Virus record (IMG/VR): IMGVR_UViG_3300006735_000020
Span: 1-64,000 of that record
Direction: 5' to 3' (one strand)
Length of the DNA: 64,000 bases
DNA from: a virus
Below the pieces are notes generated by a model. That model searched no databases. It worked only from the letters and a program-made list of their open reading frames with translations, and was not told the DNA's origin. A program made the position numbers and the translations under genes. Positions 21,468 through 31,138 of this stretch are shown one piece after another (position 1 is the stretch's first letter; every line of letters begins with the position of its first letter).

Positions 21468-21635
21468 ATGGAAGAAGTTATAGTTGAAGGTCTCGATTTT
21501 GAAGACTTTGTAACTCTAAAACAAATTTTAGCTAATAACACTAGCTTTAGATATGGTGAAAGTCAACTGCATGCTGACACCAGTATTTTAATTGAAAAGA
21601 TAGATAAAATTCTTCAAGTCTTTGATGAAGAATAA
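21468..21635 (+). CDS. Small acidic hypothetical protein (55 aa, not in ORF track)
   Basis: ATG 21468 to TAA 21635, MEEVIVEGLDFEDF...QVFDEE; fills the intergenic gap. Confidence 0.6.
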   Translation: MEEVIVEGLDFEDFVTLKQILANNTSFRYGESQLHADTSILIEKIDKILQVFDEE

Positions 21636-21643
21636 ATACTTGT

Positions 21644-21856
21644 ATGAATACAAGTGTTTGCAGAGCTAATGCACTCTGCGAAGAATTTTCCGACTACGTT
21701 ATATATGATAACGAGTCTGAAAGTATCCTTGTCAATATACCATTCGAGCACTTTAAAACGGTACATTTAGAGTTATCAAAGTTAGGTTACATGTTAGTGT
21801 TTAAAACACAAATCAAAAAAACAAAATCTCTAACCTGTACTTTTATAAAGGAATGA
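21644..21856 (+). CDS. Hypothetical protein
   Basis: 70 aa; TAAATA 21633-21638 lies 5 nt upstream. Confidence 0.6.
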   Translation: MNTSVCRANALCEEFSDYVIYDNESESILVNIPFEHFKTVHLELSKLGYMLVFKTQIKKTKSLTCTFIKE

Positions 21857-21872
21857 GTAATTAAATATATAT

Positions 21873-22799
21873 ATGGCAGCATTAGCAGGATTTCCAACAG
21901 ATATATCATTACCCGCGGAGGCAAGATATTATACCTTCGTCGAAGTTGGTAAATCTTTTAATTCAAATTATGATATTACGTGGTCTTTTCAATATAAGCT
22001 ACCGAGTACTAGTTTTGGTACAACAGCTAAATCTCATAATTATGAATTAGGTTTTTCAACGTTTTTAACTAATTTACCTAAACCTCTATCTTGTCTACCT
22101 GGACAATATATTGGTGATCAAGACCCAGAATTTGTATTATCAGCAAATGCACTGCTGACGGAAGGATATACCGCCGCAGGTGTTTTATCCTCTTCTGAAC
22201 CTTTAAAAACAGAAGGCGCTTCTACAGTTTTACTCCAAGGGGCTGTACTTAGTGGTATGTTAGTTAAAGTAGCGTTTGATTCTACTGGTAAATACGCGTT
22301 AACAGGTAGAGATGATCGACCCGGGGTAAAGCCTCACCAAGTATTAAGAGAATCAATTATAACACGAGACTTTTTACATAATGTAGTTGTTAATAACCAC
22401 CTTTCTTCCATTTCTACTACATTTAGTACTATATCTACAGATACATATAGAACTTTAAGATTTAGGTATGTTGATCTTGGACGAACCCTGTATGTTGATT
22501 CACGAGAGAGTGATACTACAACATATACTTTACTAACAGCTATTAACCTCGGTACAAGATATAGTACTCTTTCTAATATAGAAAACATTTATTGCGGGTT
22601 TGCCTTCTCTACTCCAATTTCAGCGAATTATGCAGCAACTGCTGCTGCTTATCAATTAAGTGCAAAAGACTTTTTCTTAAGAAACTTTCATGTTGAAGGG
22701 TATGAAGGAAGTGAGGTACTTACTGAAACTATACGTACACCTCGTTTAAGTTCAGTGCCTAGTACTCCATTTACAACTGTTACTAACATTACTGCATAA
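21873..22799 (+). CDS. Virion protein with probable L-type lectin/ConA-like fold
   Basis: LVKVAFDSTG and IYCGFAFST resemble legume-lectin VAVEFDT / VYVGFSAST strands; late motif upstream. Confidence 0.5.
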   Translation: MAALAGFPTDISLPAEARYYTFVEVGKSFNSNYDITWSFQYKLPSTSFGTTAKSHNYELGFSTFLTNLPKPLSCLPGQYIGDQDPEFVLSANALLTEGYTAAGVLSSSEPLKTEGASTVLLQGAVLSGMLVKVAFDSTGKYALTGRDDRPGVKPHQVLRESIITRDFLHNVVVNNHLSSISTTFSTISTDTYRTLRFRYVDLGRTLYVDSRESDTTTYTLLTAINLGTRYSTLSNIENIYCGFAFSTPISANYAATAAAYQLSAKDFFLRNFHVEGYEGSEVLTETIRTPRLSSVPSTPFTTVTNITA

Positions 22800-25700
22800 T
22801 GGAAACGCCAGCACCAGATTTTTCTAATACACCACCACCTGATCCATATGGAGTACCATCTGGAACACCGGCGCCGGCTGCTGTACATTTAGGAAGCCCA
22901 GATGTAGAGATACAGGATATTTTTGTAACTGTTATATCTTACCCACAACTCGGTGCAGGTGGTGTTGAGGGTTCATTTGATAACACTAGAGGTAGTGTTA
23001 ATGTTGATTACGTTTCTTTAAGTAGGGGGTTTGATGGTGAAGTAGAATATTTTGTTGAAGATTTTAACAATAAGGAAGAACTTGAGGATGGTGTTTCAGC
23101 AGTATCACCTGGTACTGCGCAAATAACTATAAATGCTGCTAACTTAACTTTAGGTGCTGATGAAGTCTCTAGAGACGGCAGCATGGATGTTACTATATCT
23201 CTTCAGCAAATTGTAGATGGTAGACCATATGTTAAATCTCAAACTTTAAACATACCTAACCCTAATTACGATCCTTCAACACCTGGTGTTACTCCACCAC
23301 CGGAACGAGAGAGTGAGGGGGTAAATGTAAGGGAAGTAGAGATTATTACGGATGTTTTGGAATCAGAACCATCACGTCCTACTATTGTTGAAGACACGGG
23401 CGTTACACAACCGCCTGATGAAGCTACACCTCCTCCTACTGTTACAGATGCTGACCCCACACCTGAATTAACTTATACAGATGACAGCGGGTTAAGTGAT
23501 CAGACTGAAGATTTTGAATCAGCTCCGGAGACGGAAACTGTTACGATTAGTAAGAGTGATATTGTTGATACAATACGTGATCCGTTAGCAGCAGCAGCTA
23601 AGTTAGCTGAAGAATCAGTTACTGCTGCTGAAAATACAATTGGAAATGGTCGTCCAGGAGGTCGTGGTTACGCGCCCGGTACACTTGGCTTATCATTAAG
23701 AGTACAAAATAGAAGGCCTAATGAATTTCCGCAAAGTTTTGTAACTCGAGTTGCAAATCTAAATGACATGGCTGAAAGCGCCCGAGACTCAGCGAACTTA
23801 GCAAATGGAAAGGTTGCTATGGCTTTGATGAGTGTTAACCAATGGTTAAATACAGCTAATAATTTTGATGTATTATCTAATACATCGATAACAGACGTTT
23901 ATAATAATATTGACAGTGCTGCAATAGCTATAAACGCAGCAGCTGGTGATGCAGAGGAAACATATCGAATTGGCCAAGCTGGGAAGCAGCATGCTGCTTG
24001 GCAAATTACATCTAGAACAAGTGCTAGTAAAACTACAGCTCTTAACCTTGCGGGAGCTTTTATTAGCATACTTGCAAAAATAGAATCTCTTAAAGAAGCA
24101 GTGGATGCAGCGCAGCTAGCTGCTGATAGGGCTTCAGCAGATGCTGCTGCACGAATTGCAGCAGAAAGGCTTGAAAGACTTAATGCAATAAAAGACCGGG
24201 CGATAAGTTCATTAGGCGAGGATGTTATACCTTATTATAGAAAGCAAGAGTATATTGATCAAATTAATTCGTTAGGTACAACAACAGTATTAATAAATCA
24301 GTTTTTATTTAATGCAGCTCAAGCTCGACAACAAGCTATTCAGCAAGTTAGTGATGATAAAGTAAAGGAAGCAGAAGCTCGTGCTGAAGCGAAAAGACAA
24401 GAAGAAGAGGATCGAACAGCGCAGGCTGAACTAGAATATGAAGCTCAGAGACAACAAGGTATAGATCGAGCGGCTAGACTTGAAGAAATTGCTGCTAAAC
24501 GCTTCGAGGCTCGTGAACGAAGCCTAAACAGTCGATTAGAGTTATTAACCTGGACAGAAATAACTGAACTGGCTGAGGAAATATACGCAAAGTACGTAGA
24601 AGTCCGAGATAGTAATCTGCCGGCGGATGCTAAGCTTATACAGATGCGTTTTCTAGACGATGATCTCGGTATTATTCAAAAGTTTTTAGATGATAATCCA
24701 GAGTTAGTATTTGAAGACCCAACGACCATAGAGTCGCAGCTAGCTGCGCGAGAGCTATCACAAACAGCTAAGAATATAAATAAGGTTCTTTTAGATGCAA
24801 TGCCTATTAACTTTGGTACTGGGCTATCAAAAGTAGATTTTTCCGGAGTTAATGAGGCTGGTGCAGAAAACTGGTCTCCACAAAATCAAAATGATAGACC
24901 ACCTCCATGGAGAAAGGCAGCTACATTAATAACCCCGCAGCATGTCGTCCTATCAAAACATTGGCCTGTTTTATATGGTCCTAATGATCCATTTGGCGGT
25001 GAAGTAGTTTTTGTAGATAAAAATGGAAATAGAATTACTAGAAGGATAGTTTTAACGCAAAATCTAGATCGGGAAGTCGGAGGTAATAGTAAGTATGATG
25101 TAACTGTTGGTTTACTCAATGAACCGGTTGATAATGTAACAATTTACTCACTACCTCAACCTAAGAGTTTCACTGAATATTCAGAAATTCTAAAAGGTAG
25201 TCATTTTGTACGCACGGATCAAGAAAGAAAAGCGCTTATTGTAAAATATGGAGGGGGATCTAATAATGGTGTTAATATTACATTTCCACCACACACTAAT
25301 GTTGACGAGGAATATCGAGAGTCTGATAATTACATCAATGAACCATTAGAAAGAGGCGATAGTAGTTCCCCTACTTTTATATATACAAATAATACACCGA
25401 TTCTAATTGAAACTCATTTTACTACTAGCGGTGGTCCTTTCTACGGTACACTTGCGATACAGGAGCTTATAAACAAAGCAATAACTAAACTAGCAGGTGA
25501 AACGATGGGTGTGTATGGTGGTAATTATACACCTAACACAGTTGATATTGATGAAGAACTTTTAAAAGGTATTTCATCAAGTGATGATGATAGTTATGGT
25601 GTTGTACGTACAACACCACCGCCGGATGAAACCACTCCTCCACCACCTCCAGTAACCCAACCTCCGTGTCCTGAAGGTAAGGAAAGAGTTAACGGTGAAT

Positions 25701-26329
25701 GTGTAGATGTTTGTCCTGACGGTTGGAGGCGTAATGAACAGGGTATATGCTATGATCCGTATCCTGAGCCGGTTGATGAATCGGATGGTTCATTAAACGG
25801 TAGCCCGATCATAAGAACACCAGATTTACCCGGATTAATATTTTCTGATCCAACCGACGGTAGTAGTAGTGATTTTAGGATATATGAAGATCCTACTACT
25901 GAGCCACCGTATAGAACTACACCACCGTATACTACGCCACCTTATACGACTACACCGACGTATACCACACCGACGTATACCACACCGGTATATACTACCC
26001 CACCGCCGCCATGTACAACTATTCCACCACATATTGTACCACCGGGAGAGAGCTTTCCTCCAGATCCTAGAACCCCAATAATTACTCTACCTCCTGAACC
26101 ACCAGAGCCGCCGGAGCTACCGGAAACACCTGAGACTCAAGAGGTGCCGATATTTTTATATCCGGCTCCTATTTTACCGTTACAAACACCGTTCATAATG
26201 GACGAGGTTACAACTACGACTACTACAACTACTACAACTACTACTACGACAACGACAGTTCCTCCTGTATTAACGGTGACTACAACTATTTGTCCGGAGG
26301 ATGAAGATTGCAATAACCTACAGTTTTAG
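22799..26329 (+). CDS. 1176-aa Pro/Thr-rich protein with coiled coil and trypsin-like serine protease domain
   Basis: TLITPQHVVLSKH (His), KYDVTVGLL (Asp), RGDSSSP (Ser); Cys-rich CPEG..C..CPDG..C; mucin-like tail. Confidence 0.65.
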   Translation: METPAPDFSNTPPPDPYGVPSGTPAPAAVHLGSPDVEIQDIFVTVISYPQLGAGGVEGSFDNTRGSVNVDYVSLSRGFDGEVEYFVEDFNNKEELEDGVSAVSPGTAQITINAANLTLGADEVSRDGSMDVTISLQQIVDGRPYVKSQTLNIPNPNYDPSTPGVTPPPERESEGVNVREVEIITDVLESEPSRPTIVEDTGVTQPPDEATPPPTVTDADPTPELTYTDDSGLSDQTEDFESAPETETVTISKSDIVDTIRDPLAAAAKLAEESVTAAENTIGNGRPGGRGYAPGTLGLSLRVQNRRPNEFPQSFVTRVANLNDMAESARDSANLANGKVAMALMSVNQWLNTANNFDVLSNTSITDVYNNIDSAAIAINAAAGDAEETYRIGQAGKQHAAWQITSRTSASKTTALNLAGAFISILAKIESLKEAVDAAQLAADRASADAAARIAAERLERLNAIKDRAISSLGEDVIPYYRKQEYIDQINSLGTTTVLINQFLFNAAQARQQAIQQVSDDKVKEAEARAEAKRQEEEDRTAQAELEYEAQRQQGIDRAARLEEIAAKRFEARERSLNSRLELLTWTEITELAEEIYAKYVEVRDSNLPADAKLIQMRFLDDDLGIIQKFLDDNPELVFEDPTTIESQLAARELSQTAKNINKVLLDAMPINFGTGLSKVDFSGVNEAGAENWSPQNQNDRPPPWRKAATLITPQHVVLSKHWPVLYGPNDPFGGEVVFVDKNGNRITRRIVLTQNLDREVGGNSKYDVTVGLLNEPVDNVTIYSLPQPKSFTEYSEILKGSHFVRTDQERKALIVKYGGGSNNGVNITFPPHTNVDEEYRESDNYINEPLERGDSSSPTFIYTNNTPILIETHFTTSGGPFYGTLAIQELINKAITKLAGETMGVYGGNYTPNTVDIDEELLKGISSSDDDSYGVVRTTPPPDETTPPPPPVTQPPCPEGKERVNGECVDVCPDGWRRNEQGICYDPYPEPVDESDGSLNGSPIIRTPDLPGLIFSDPTDGSSSDFRIYEDPTTEPPYRTTPPYTTPPYTTTPTYTTPTYTTPVYTTPPPPCTTIPPHIVPPGESFPPDPRTPIITLPPEPPEPPELPETPETQEVPIFLYPAPILPLQTPFIMDEVTTTTTTTTTTTTTTTTVPPVLTVTTTICPEDEDCNNLQF
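25904..26010 (+). repeat. Coding tandem repeat of ~15-nt units encoding YTTP[P/T/V]
   Basis: acaccgacgtatacc-type units visible; protein YTTPPYTTTPTYTTPTYTTPVYTTPPPP. Confidence 0.85.
26210..26257 (+). repeat. Poly-threonine tract (16 Thr)
   Basis: 16 consecutive ACN codons with mixed third positions. Confidence 0.9.
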
Positions 26330-26340
26330 TAATTATTAAT

Positions 26341-27168
26341 GTGGGAAAGCTAACTATCGGAACTTGCGTTTATGATGACTATGAAGGTCTCTATTTTACT
26401 ATTCAATCCTTAAGATTACATCATAAAGAGGTATTAGATAGGCTAGAATTTGTTATCATTAATAACAACCCAAAATCAGCACAAGGAAGAGAGATCCGTA
26501 AGTTTGTCGACTGGCTTAAAGAGCCTGTAACATATGTTGAGTTTGATGGTTTCTCAGCAACCTCACTAAGAGATAAAATATTTGGTTTAGCTAACACTGA
26601 ATACGTATTAGTATTAGATTGTCATGTATTATTAGATCCTGGTAGCTTAAAGAAGCTTTTAGATTTTTATGATGCAGGTAAAGATCATCAAAACTTATTA
26701 CAAGGGCCGTTAATATATGATGATATGAAGAATGTAAGCACCCATTTTAATCTCGATAAGTGGGGTAGTGATATGTGGGGCGTTTGGGATACAGATAAAC
26801 GAGGTAAAGATCCTAATAATAAACCATTTGAAATACCAGCACAAGGTTTAGGTTTATTTACATGTAGAAAAGATAGCTGGTTAGGCTTTAATAAAAAGTT
26901 TAGAGGATTTGGTGGTGAAGAGGGCTATATTCATGAAAAATATAGATTAGCTGGGCGAAAGGCTGTTTGTTTACCGTTTCTTCGATGGTTACATCGCTTC
27001 GGTAGACCTGCTGGTGTTCCTTATCGCCCAACTAAAGAGGATAGATTCCGTAATTATATGATTGGATTCCAAGAAATTGGAAAAGATACTAATGAAATAA
27101 TCGAAAGATTTAAAGGTAAAGTATCAACAGAATATATCCAAGCCGTTAAAGAAGAATTAGGTTTATAA
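26341..27168 (+). CDS. Glycosyltransferase, GT2/GT-A fold
   Basis: LTIGTCVYD, FVIINNNP, VLVLDCH (DxH), GFGGEEGY. Confidence 0.82.
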   Translation: MGKLTIGTCVYDDYEGLYFTIQSLRLHHKEVLDRLEFVIINNNPKSAQGREIRKFVDWLKEPVTYVEFDGFSATSLRDKIFGLANTEYVLVLDCHVLLDPGSLKKLLDFYDAGKDHQNLLQGPLIYDDMKNVSTHFNLDKWGSDMWGVWDTDKRGKDPNNKPFEIPAQGLGLFTCRKDSWLGFNKKFRGFGGEEGYIHEKYRLAGRKAVCLPFLRWLHRFGRPAGVPYRPTKEDRFRNYMIGFQEIGKDTNEIIERFKGKVSTEYIQAVKEELGL

Positions 27169-27396
27169 GTTACCTAAAGTAGCTTCTACCTTGAGATCAT
27201 GCTTCATTGAATGAAATCTCTCATCAATATACTTTTGAAAAGCGAGAGGCTTAATCCAGTTATTACTTTCAATATCGATATCTTCTCTACCACCTACTAC
27301 TTCAAGCGCTTCAATTAGACAAGCCCAACGAACTAGTTCATCAAAGTCCATCGTCTTCGTTGTACCGTCTTTTAGTTTAAATTCATGTTTATTCAT
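27163..27396 (-). CDS. Hypothetical protein
   Basis: 77 aa; GGAAC-N5-TATAAT-N6-ATG upstream. Confidence 0.65.
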   Translation of the reverse strand: MNKHEFKLKDGTTKTMDFDELVRWACLIEALEVVGGREDIDIESNNWIKPLAFQKYIDERFHSMKHDLKVEATLGNL

Positions 27397-27408
27397 AATA
27401 TAATTATA

Positions 27409-27864
27409 TTATAGTTCCGTTCCTGGCTTATAGTCAGATGTTATTTTTATATCCTGGCTTTCGCTTACTTCTTTCGCTAAGTCAGAGAATGTCTTATTAA
27501 CATCGAGAGTTTCGGTTAGGAGCGTTGGTACTAGATTTATATCTACTCTATATGTATTGTTACACTTATCACATGTAAATGTATTATCCATATTTACAAA
27601 TACATTCTGCTGAAAAGTATTATTATTACATGGGCATACAATTGTCGCTTCATTAAGATCGAGAAGTTGTTGTAATTCTCCTTCAAACTCTGCAGTAAGA
27701 TTATCTACTTTATTAATCTTGAGAGATGAAACAATAAAAGCAATTAAAAACTGACAAACAAAAACGAGAACTGTAGTCTCCCAAAATCCAAATATATTGC
27801 GTAATCCAAAACCAATAGCAAGAGATACAAGTATAGTAATAAAAAACGACCTTAAGATAGTCAT
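27409..27864 (-). CDS. Membrane protein with zinc-ribbon motif
   Basis: Two N-terminal hydrophobic segments; CPC...CDKC. Confidence 0.6.
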   Translation of the reverse strand: MTILRSFFITILVSLAIGFGLRNIFGFWETTVLVFVCQFLIAFIVSSLKINKVDNLTAEFEGELQQLLDLNEATIVCPCNNNTFQQNVFVNMDNTFTCDKCNNTYRVDINLVPTLLTETLDVNKTFSDLAKEVSESQDIKITSDYKPGTEL

Positions 27865-28187
27865 ATAGCTATTTTAGCCATATCCTCTGGAATATCAAGT
27901 AGTAGTTCGTTAATTTGATCAATTTTATTGTTAATTTGATCAATAACACCACCAGCAATATTTTCATTAGATTTTGCTGCTGCTAACATATTTCTTACTT
28001 CAACTAAATTTGTAAACGTGTCTCCTAGGAGCTGATTCATTTGCTGTAAGTGATATGGTAAGATAGGCGGCGCTTTTTGGTGTTTTTCATTATCCTTATA
28101 CATACCCATTTGATCTGAAGCATTCATATGAAAGTTGATAGGCTTATCTTCTGGGCCTACGCTGTAAGGAAATTCTGGTCCATCCAT
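27861..28187 (-). CDS. Hypothetical late protein
   Basis: TAAATA 28193-28198 lies 5 nt before ATG. Confidence 0.6.
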   Translation of the reverse strand: MDGPEFPYSVGPEDKPINFHMNASDQMGMYKDNEKHQKAPPILPYHLQQMNQLLGDTFTNLVEVRNMLAAAKSNENIAGGVIDQINNKIDQINELLLDIPEDMAKIAI

Positions 28188-28219
28188 GTAATTATTTATG
28201 CTAGAGACTAAATAATTTT

Positions 28220-28657
28220 ATGACCAAATTTGAAAACCGTTTTTTTAAATCTCTTAATGAACAAGCTGAAGAGGAGAGAGCAGCTTTTGAAGCAGAATTA
28301 GAGGATAATACCGAGGCTGGTGATTTTGACGTAGATGTTGAAGTAGATGAAGTTGCTGTTGATGAAGATCCAAATGTAAAGGCTGCACAAGCTGTTAGCG
28401 AGCGCAACGCGGCTATGAGAACTAAGCTTGAAGGTTGGGTTGGTGAAATTGAACAGTTTTTAGAGTACTTAAATGGTTCATCTCCAGATTCAATTCAAAC
28501 TCTACTAGCTAATGCTGAGCCTGATACAATCTTTGATCGTATGAAAGCTTCTGAACAGCGTAAAATTGCTAGAGTTGCTACAGAGCTAGCTGCTCTAAAC
28601 GAGTCGTTTAAAGGTTATATTGCCCAGACCGGAAATGCTCAGTTTAAATACGTTTGA
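28220..28657 (+). CDS. Acidic hypothetical protein, possible head-internal/scaffold-like
   Basis: TAAATA 28209-28214; leader MTKFENRFFKSLNE. Confidence 0.6.
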   Translation: MTKFENRFFKSLNEQAEEERAAFEAELEDNTEAGDFDVDVEVDEVAVDEDPNVKAAQAVSERNAAMRTKLEGWVGEIEQFLEYLNGSSPDSIQTLLANAEPDTIFDRMKASEQRKIARVATELAALNESFKGYIAQTGNAQFKYV

Positions 28658-29700
28658 TTTCGATATTTTTTAATCTCAGATAATCTCACAATACCTTCGA
28701 TTCCATCGAAGGTATTTTTTTCTATAAAGCTCCACTTTATTTCATCTATCTTACAAGCAATTGCAATATCATTAAAGTCTTTAAATCTCTTGCCAAACTT
28801 CTCCGGCCATATAAACACTCTCTCTCCTTGTTTGAGTAGTACTTCAGACTTTACTAAGGATGCCTGATCAACCCACTGTGAATCAAGGATCCACGTTTTA
28901 TCATACCATTTAAGCGTTGTATTTAACTGCTCTTCTTGCCGTTGTGTAAACGATTTACCACGTTCAGTAATACCTGCTACAGCAATTGAATTTTTCGTAA
29001 AGAAAGCATTAATTGGCCCCTCAAAAATATAAACACAATCATGATCACTACTTACACGATTAATATTAAAGAGCGTTTTTTCAGCATTTACCTTTCCTAA
29101 ATATTTCGGTTTAACTTTATTATCTTTGTTTAGGACGGTCCTTGTTTGATAGAACTCTATTTCATCACGCTCATTAAAAAAAGGTATAACGAGTCTATTT
29201 TTATGTACCATATCAGTTAATGATACATATAACGATGAAGGTTTGTTTATCGCGGTATCTAATCGCCGCTCTTTAATTAAATGTCTAACAGCTGTAACAA
29301 CGTTACTACTATTATAAAAGTTAAGCTGAAGCTCGTCAGACAAATTAATACTATCCTTAGGTAAGGTAGCGACTTTAAAGTTTGGTTTAGTATCTTCACT
29401 TCTTTCAACAATATCTTCAGCATCTGGAACATGATCTTTTAATTCTTTAATTATATCTTTATCCGTAGTACCTGATACTTCTTTTATCCATCTTAACGGT
29501 TTACCAGACCACCCACAGTTATGACAAAATATATTTTCATTTTTAGGTATGTAATAACATCGTCTTTTTTTACCTAATGACTTACCCTCTCTGCAGATAG
29601 GACAACTACATTGATAAACGTTATTAAATTTGTTATACTTAGGATAAAAACCTAGCTCAAAGAATTTTAGTATAACAAAATCTTCAGGAAGCGATATCAT
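28639..29700 (-). CDS. gp61: DNA primase
   Basis: Zn finger CPIC...CHNC, RLVIPFF, Toprim FEGPINA, KDFND. Confidence 0.9.
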   Translation of the reverse strand: MISLPEDFVILKFFELGFYPKYNKFNNVYQCSCPICREGKSLGKKRRCYYIPKNENIFCHNCGWSGKPLRWIKEVSGTTDKDIIKELKDHVPDAEDIVERSEDTKPNFKVATLPKDSINLSDELQLNFYNSSNVVTAVRHLIKERRLDTAINKPSSLYVSLTDMVHKNRLVIPFFNERDEIEFYQTRTVLNKDNKVKPKYLGKVNAEKTLFNINRVSSDHDCVYIFEGPINAFFTKNSIAVAGITERGKSFTQRQEEQLNTTLKWYDKTWILDSQWVDQASLVKSEVLLKQGERVFIWPEKFGKRFKDFNDIAIACKIDEIKWSFIEKNTFDGIEGIVRLSEIKKYRNQTYLN

Positions 29701-30568
29701 TTAACTTATTATATAAGTTTTTCATAAAAAACAAATTATGCCAATCTTCTTTTTTATCTAAAATTCTCTTAAAGGAATATTCCTCGCAATATTCAAGAAA
29801 TACCTTATATGAAGGATCAACTTTAACAGCTAATTGATCTTTATAGTATTGTGCTTCATCAGGTAGAGACTCATACTTATCTAAACAAAATATATCTACG
29901 TTTCGTTTGAATATTTCGCGTTGAGAATCATCTAGCATAAATCCAGGATCTTCAAAATATTTTTTAACTGAAGCTTTACCAAAGCGAGGTATACCTGGTA
30001 CATTATCCGACTTATCACCCGTCAAACATTTTGCAGTAAACCATTGCTCAACATCCTTATACCCTGTCTGCTCTTCAAAATTACTATCTTCAAAGAATCT
30101 CTTACGTATCGGATCGTATAAGGTACACTCAGAACTAACCAATTGCAGAAAGTCTCTATCAACCGAGATAATTACTTTCGAACCTTCGTGCTCTCTACAA
30201 ATATATGCAACAATATCATCTGCCTCTAGTTCACGAGGAAAGATAGAATTAATACCCATTGAGTAGAGTATCGACTTTATGACCTCGTTATTTTGATGAG
30301 GTGAAAGATCCTTAGATCGATTACCCTTGTATTCCTTAAGGATGCTCTTGCGTATATTGGGTTTATAGTCTTGCTTTTCATCCCATACAAATATCGTAGT
30401 ATCAGGAACAAACTGCTTCACGTAGGAGCTAACAGCGTTAAGCGTAAAGTAAATATGGAAGTTACTTACCTGGTAATCCGAGTGGTTCTCCGTCTTCTTC
30501 GACTGAATCTTCGCTGTATGATATGTTCGGTGTATTAAATTGTTCCCGTCTATTATTAGAGTTTTCAT
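29684..30568 (-). CDS. rnh: RNase H / 5'-3' exonuclease
   Basis: IIDGNNL, YKGNR, EADD, SVDRDFLQL, GDKSDNVPGI. Confidence 0.92.
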   Translation of the reverse strand: MKTLIIDGNNLIHRTYHTAKIQSKKTENHSDYQVSNFHIYFTLNAVSSYVKQFVPDTTIFVWDEKQDYKPNIRKSILKEYKGNRSKDLSPHQNNEVIKSILYSMGINSIFPRELEADDIVAYICREHEGSKVIISVDRDFLQLVSSECTLYDPIRKRFFEDSNFEEQTGYKDVEQWFTAKCLTGDKSDNVPGIPRFGKASVKKYFEDPGFMLDDSQREIFKRNVDIFCLDKYESLPDEAQYYKDQLAVKVDPSYKVFLEYCEEYSFKRILDKKEDWHNLFFMKNLYNKLNDIAS

Positions 30569-30800
30569 TTTTATTATATTGAGCCTCTACAACAGAATAT
30601 ACGTTTTTAGGAAGCTTCTCTACAAACTTAATTATATCATTGTTCCTTCCGTTATCAAATGATTCTATCGGAACATCAACGTTTTCCATTTGCGGTAAAA
30701 TAAGACAGCCAATGGTGTCTTTTTTTAATTTTACCACTGCAAACATTTTACCTACGTAGTCTCCCGTCTCAACTGCGTATATATCTCTTTTACGATATTT
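30462..30800 (-). CDS. Hypothetical protein
   Basis: ORF from ATG 30800 (MKYRKRD); C-terminus overlaps rnh by about 100 nt. Confidence 0.5.
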   Translation of the reverse strand, partial: KYRKRDIYAVETGDYVGKMFAVVKLKKDTIGCLILPQMENVDVPIESFDNGRNNDIIKFVEKLPKNVYSVVEAQYNKNENSNNRREQFNTPNISYSEDSVEEDGEPLGLPGK

Positions 30801-31134
30801 CATCTGGACCGAACCCATGGCCTTTTATATGATGCATTTCAGATGCAAAGTATTTTAATAAAAACGAATTTAATGCTTCTTGTTGTTGTGGTGTTTTAGA
30901 CGCTTTAATGTCTAAATGTTGCCCTTGAAAATCATAACCCAATAAAATATAACAATCTAAATATTCACTAATAATATTGCATAACCTACGCGCTAAATCT
31001 TGTCTTCTTTTAAATGTTTTTTTCTCAACTATACTTTGCTTAAGGGCCTTTTCAACCAATTCTCTTAATTCCTCATCATTTTCAACCGGATCCTCAAAAT
31101 CTTCAAAATCTTTTTCTGGTTGATCATCGCTCAT
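30790..31134 (-). CDS. Hypothetical protein
   Basis: 114 aa; TAAATA 31140-31145 lies 5 nt upstream. Confidence 0.6.
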   Translation of the reverse strand: MSDDQPEKDFEDFEDPVENDEELRELVEKALKQSIVEKKTFKRRQDLARRLCNIISEYLDCYILLGYDFQGQHLDIKASKTPQQQEALNSFLLKYFASEMHHIKGHGFGPDEIS

Positions 31135-31138
31135 ATAA

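Noticed and set aside
25904-26257. CRISPR-like or slippage repeat array
   Set aside because: Repeats are in-frame, codon-degenerate and have no spacers
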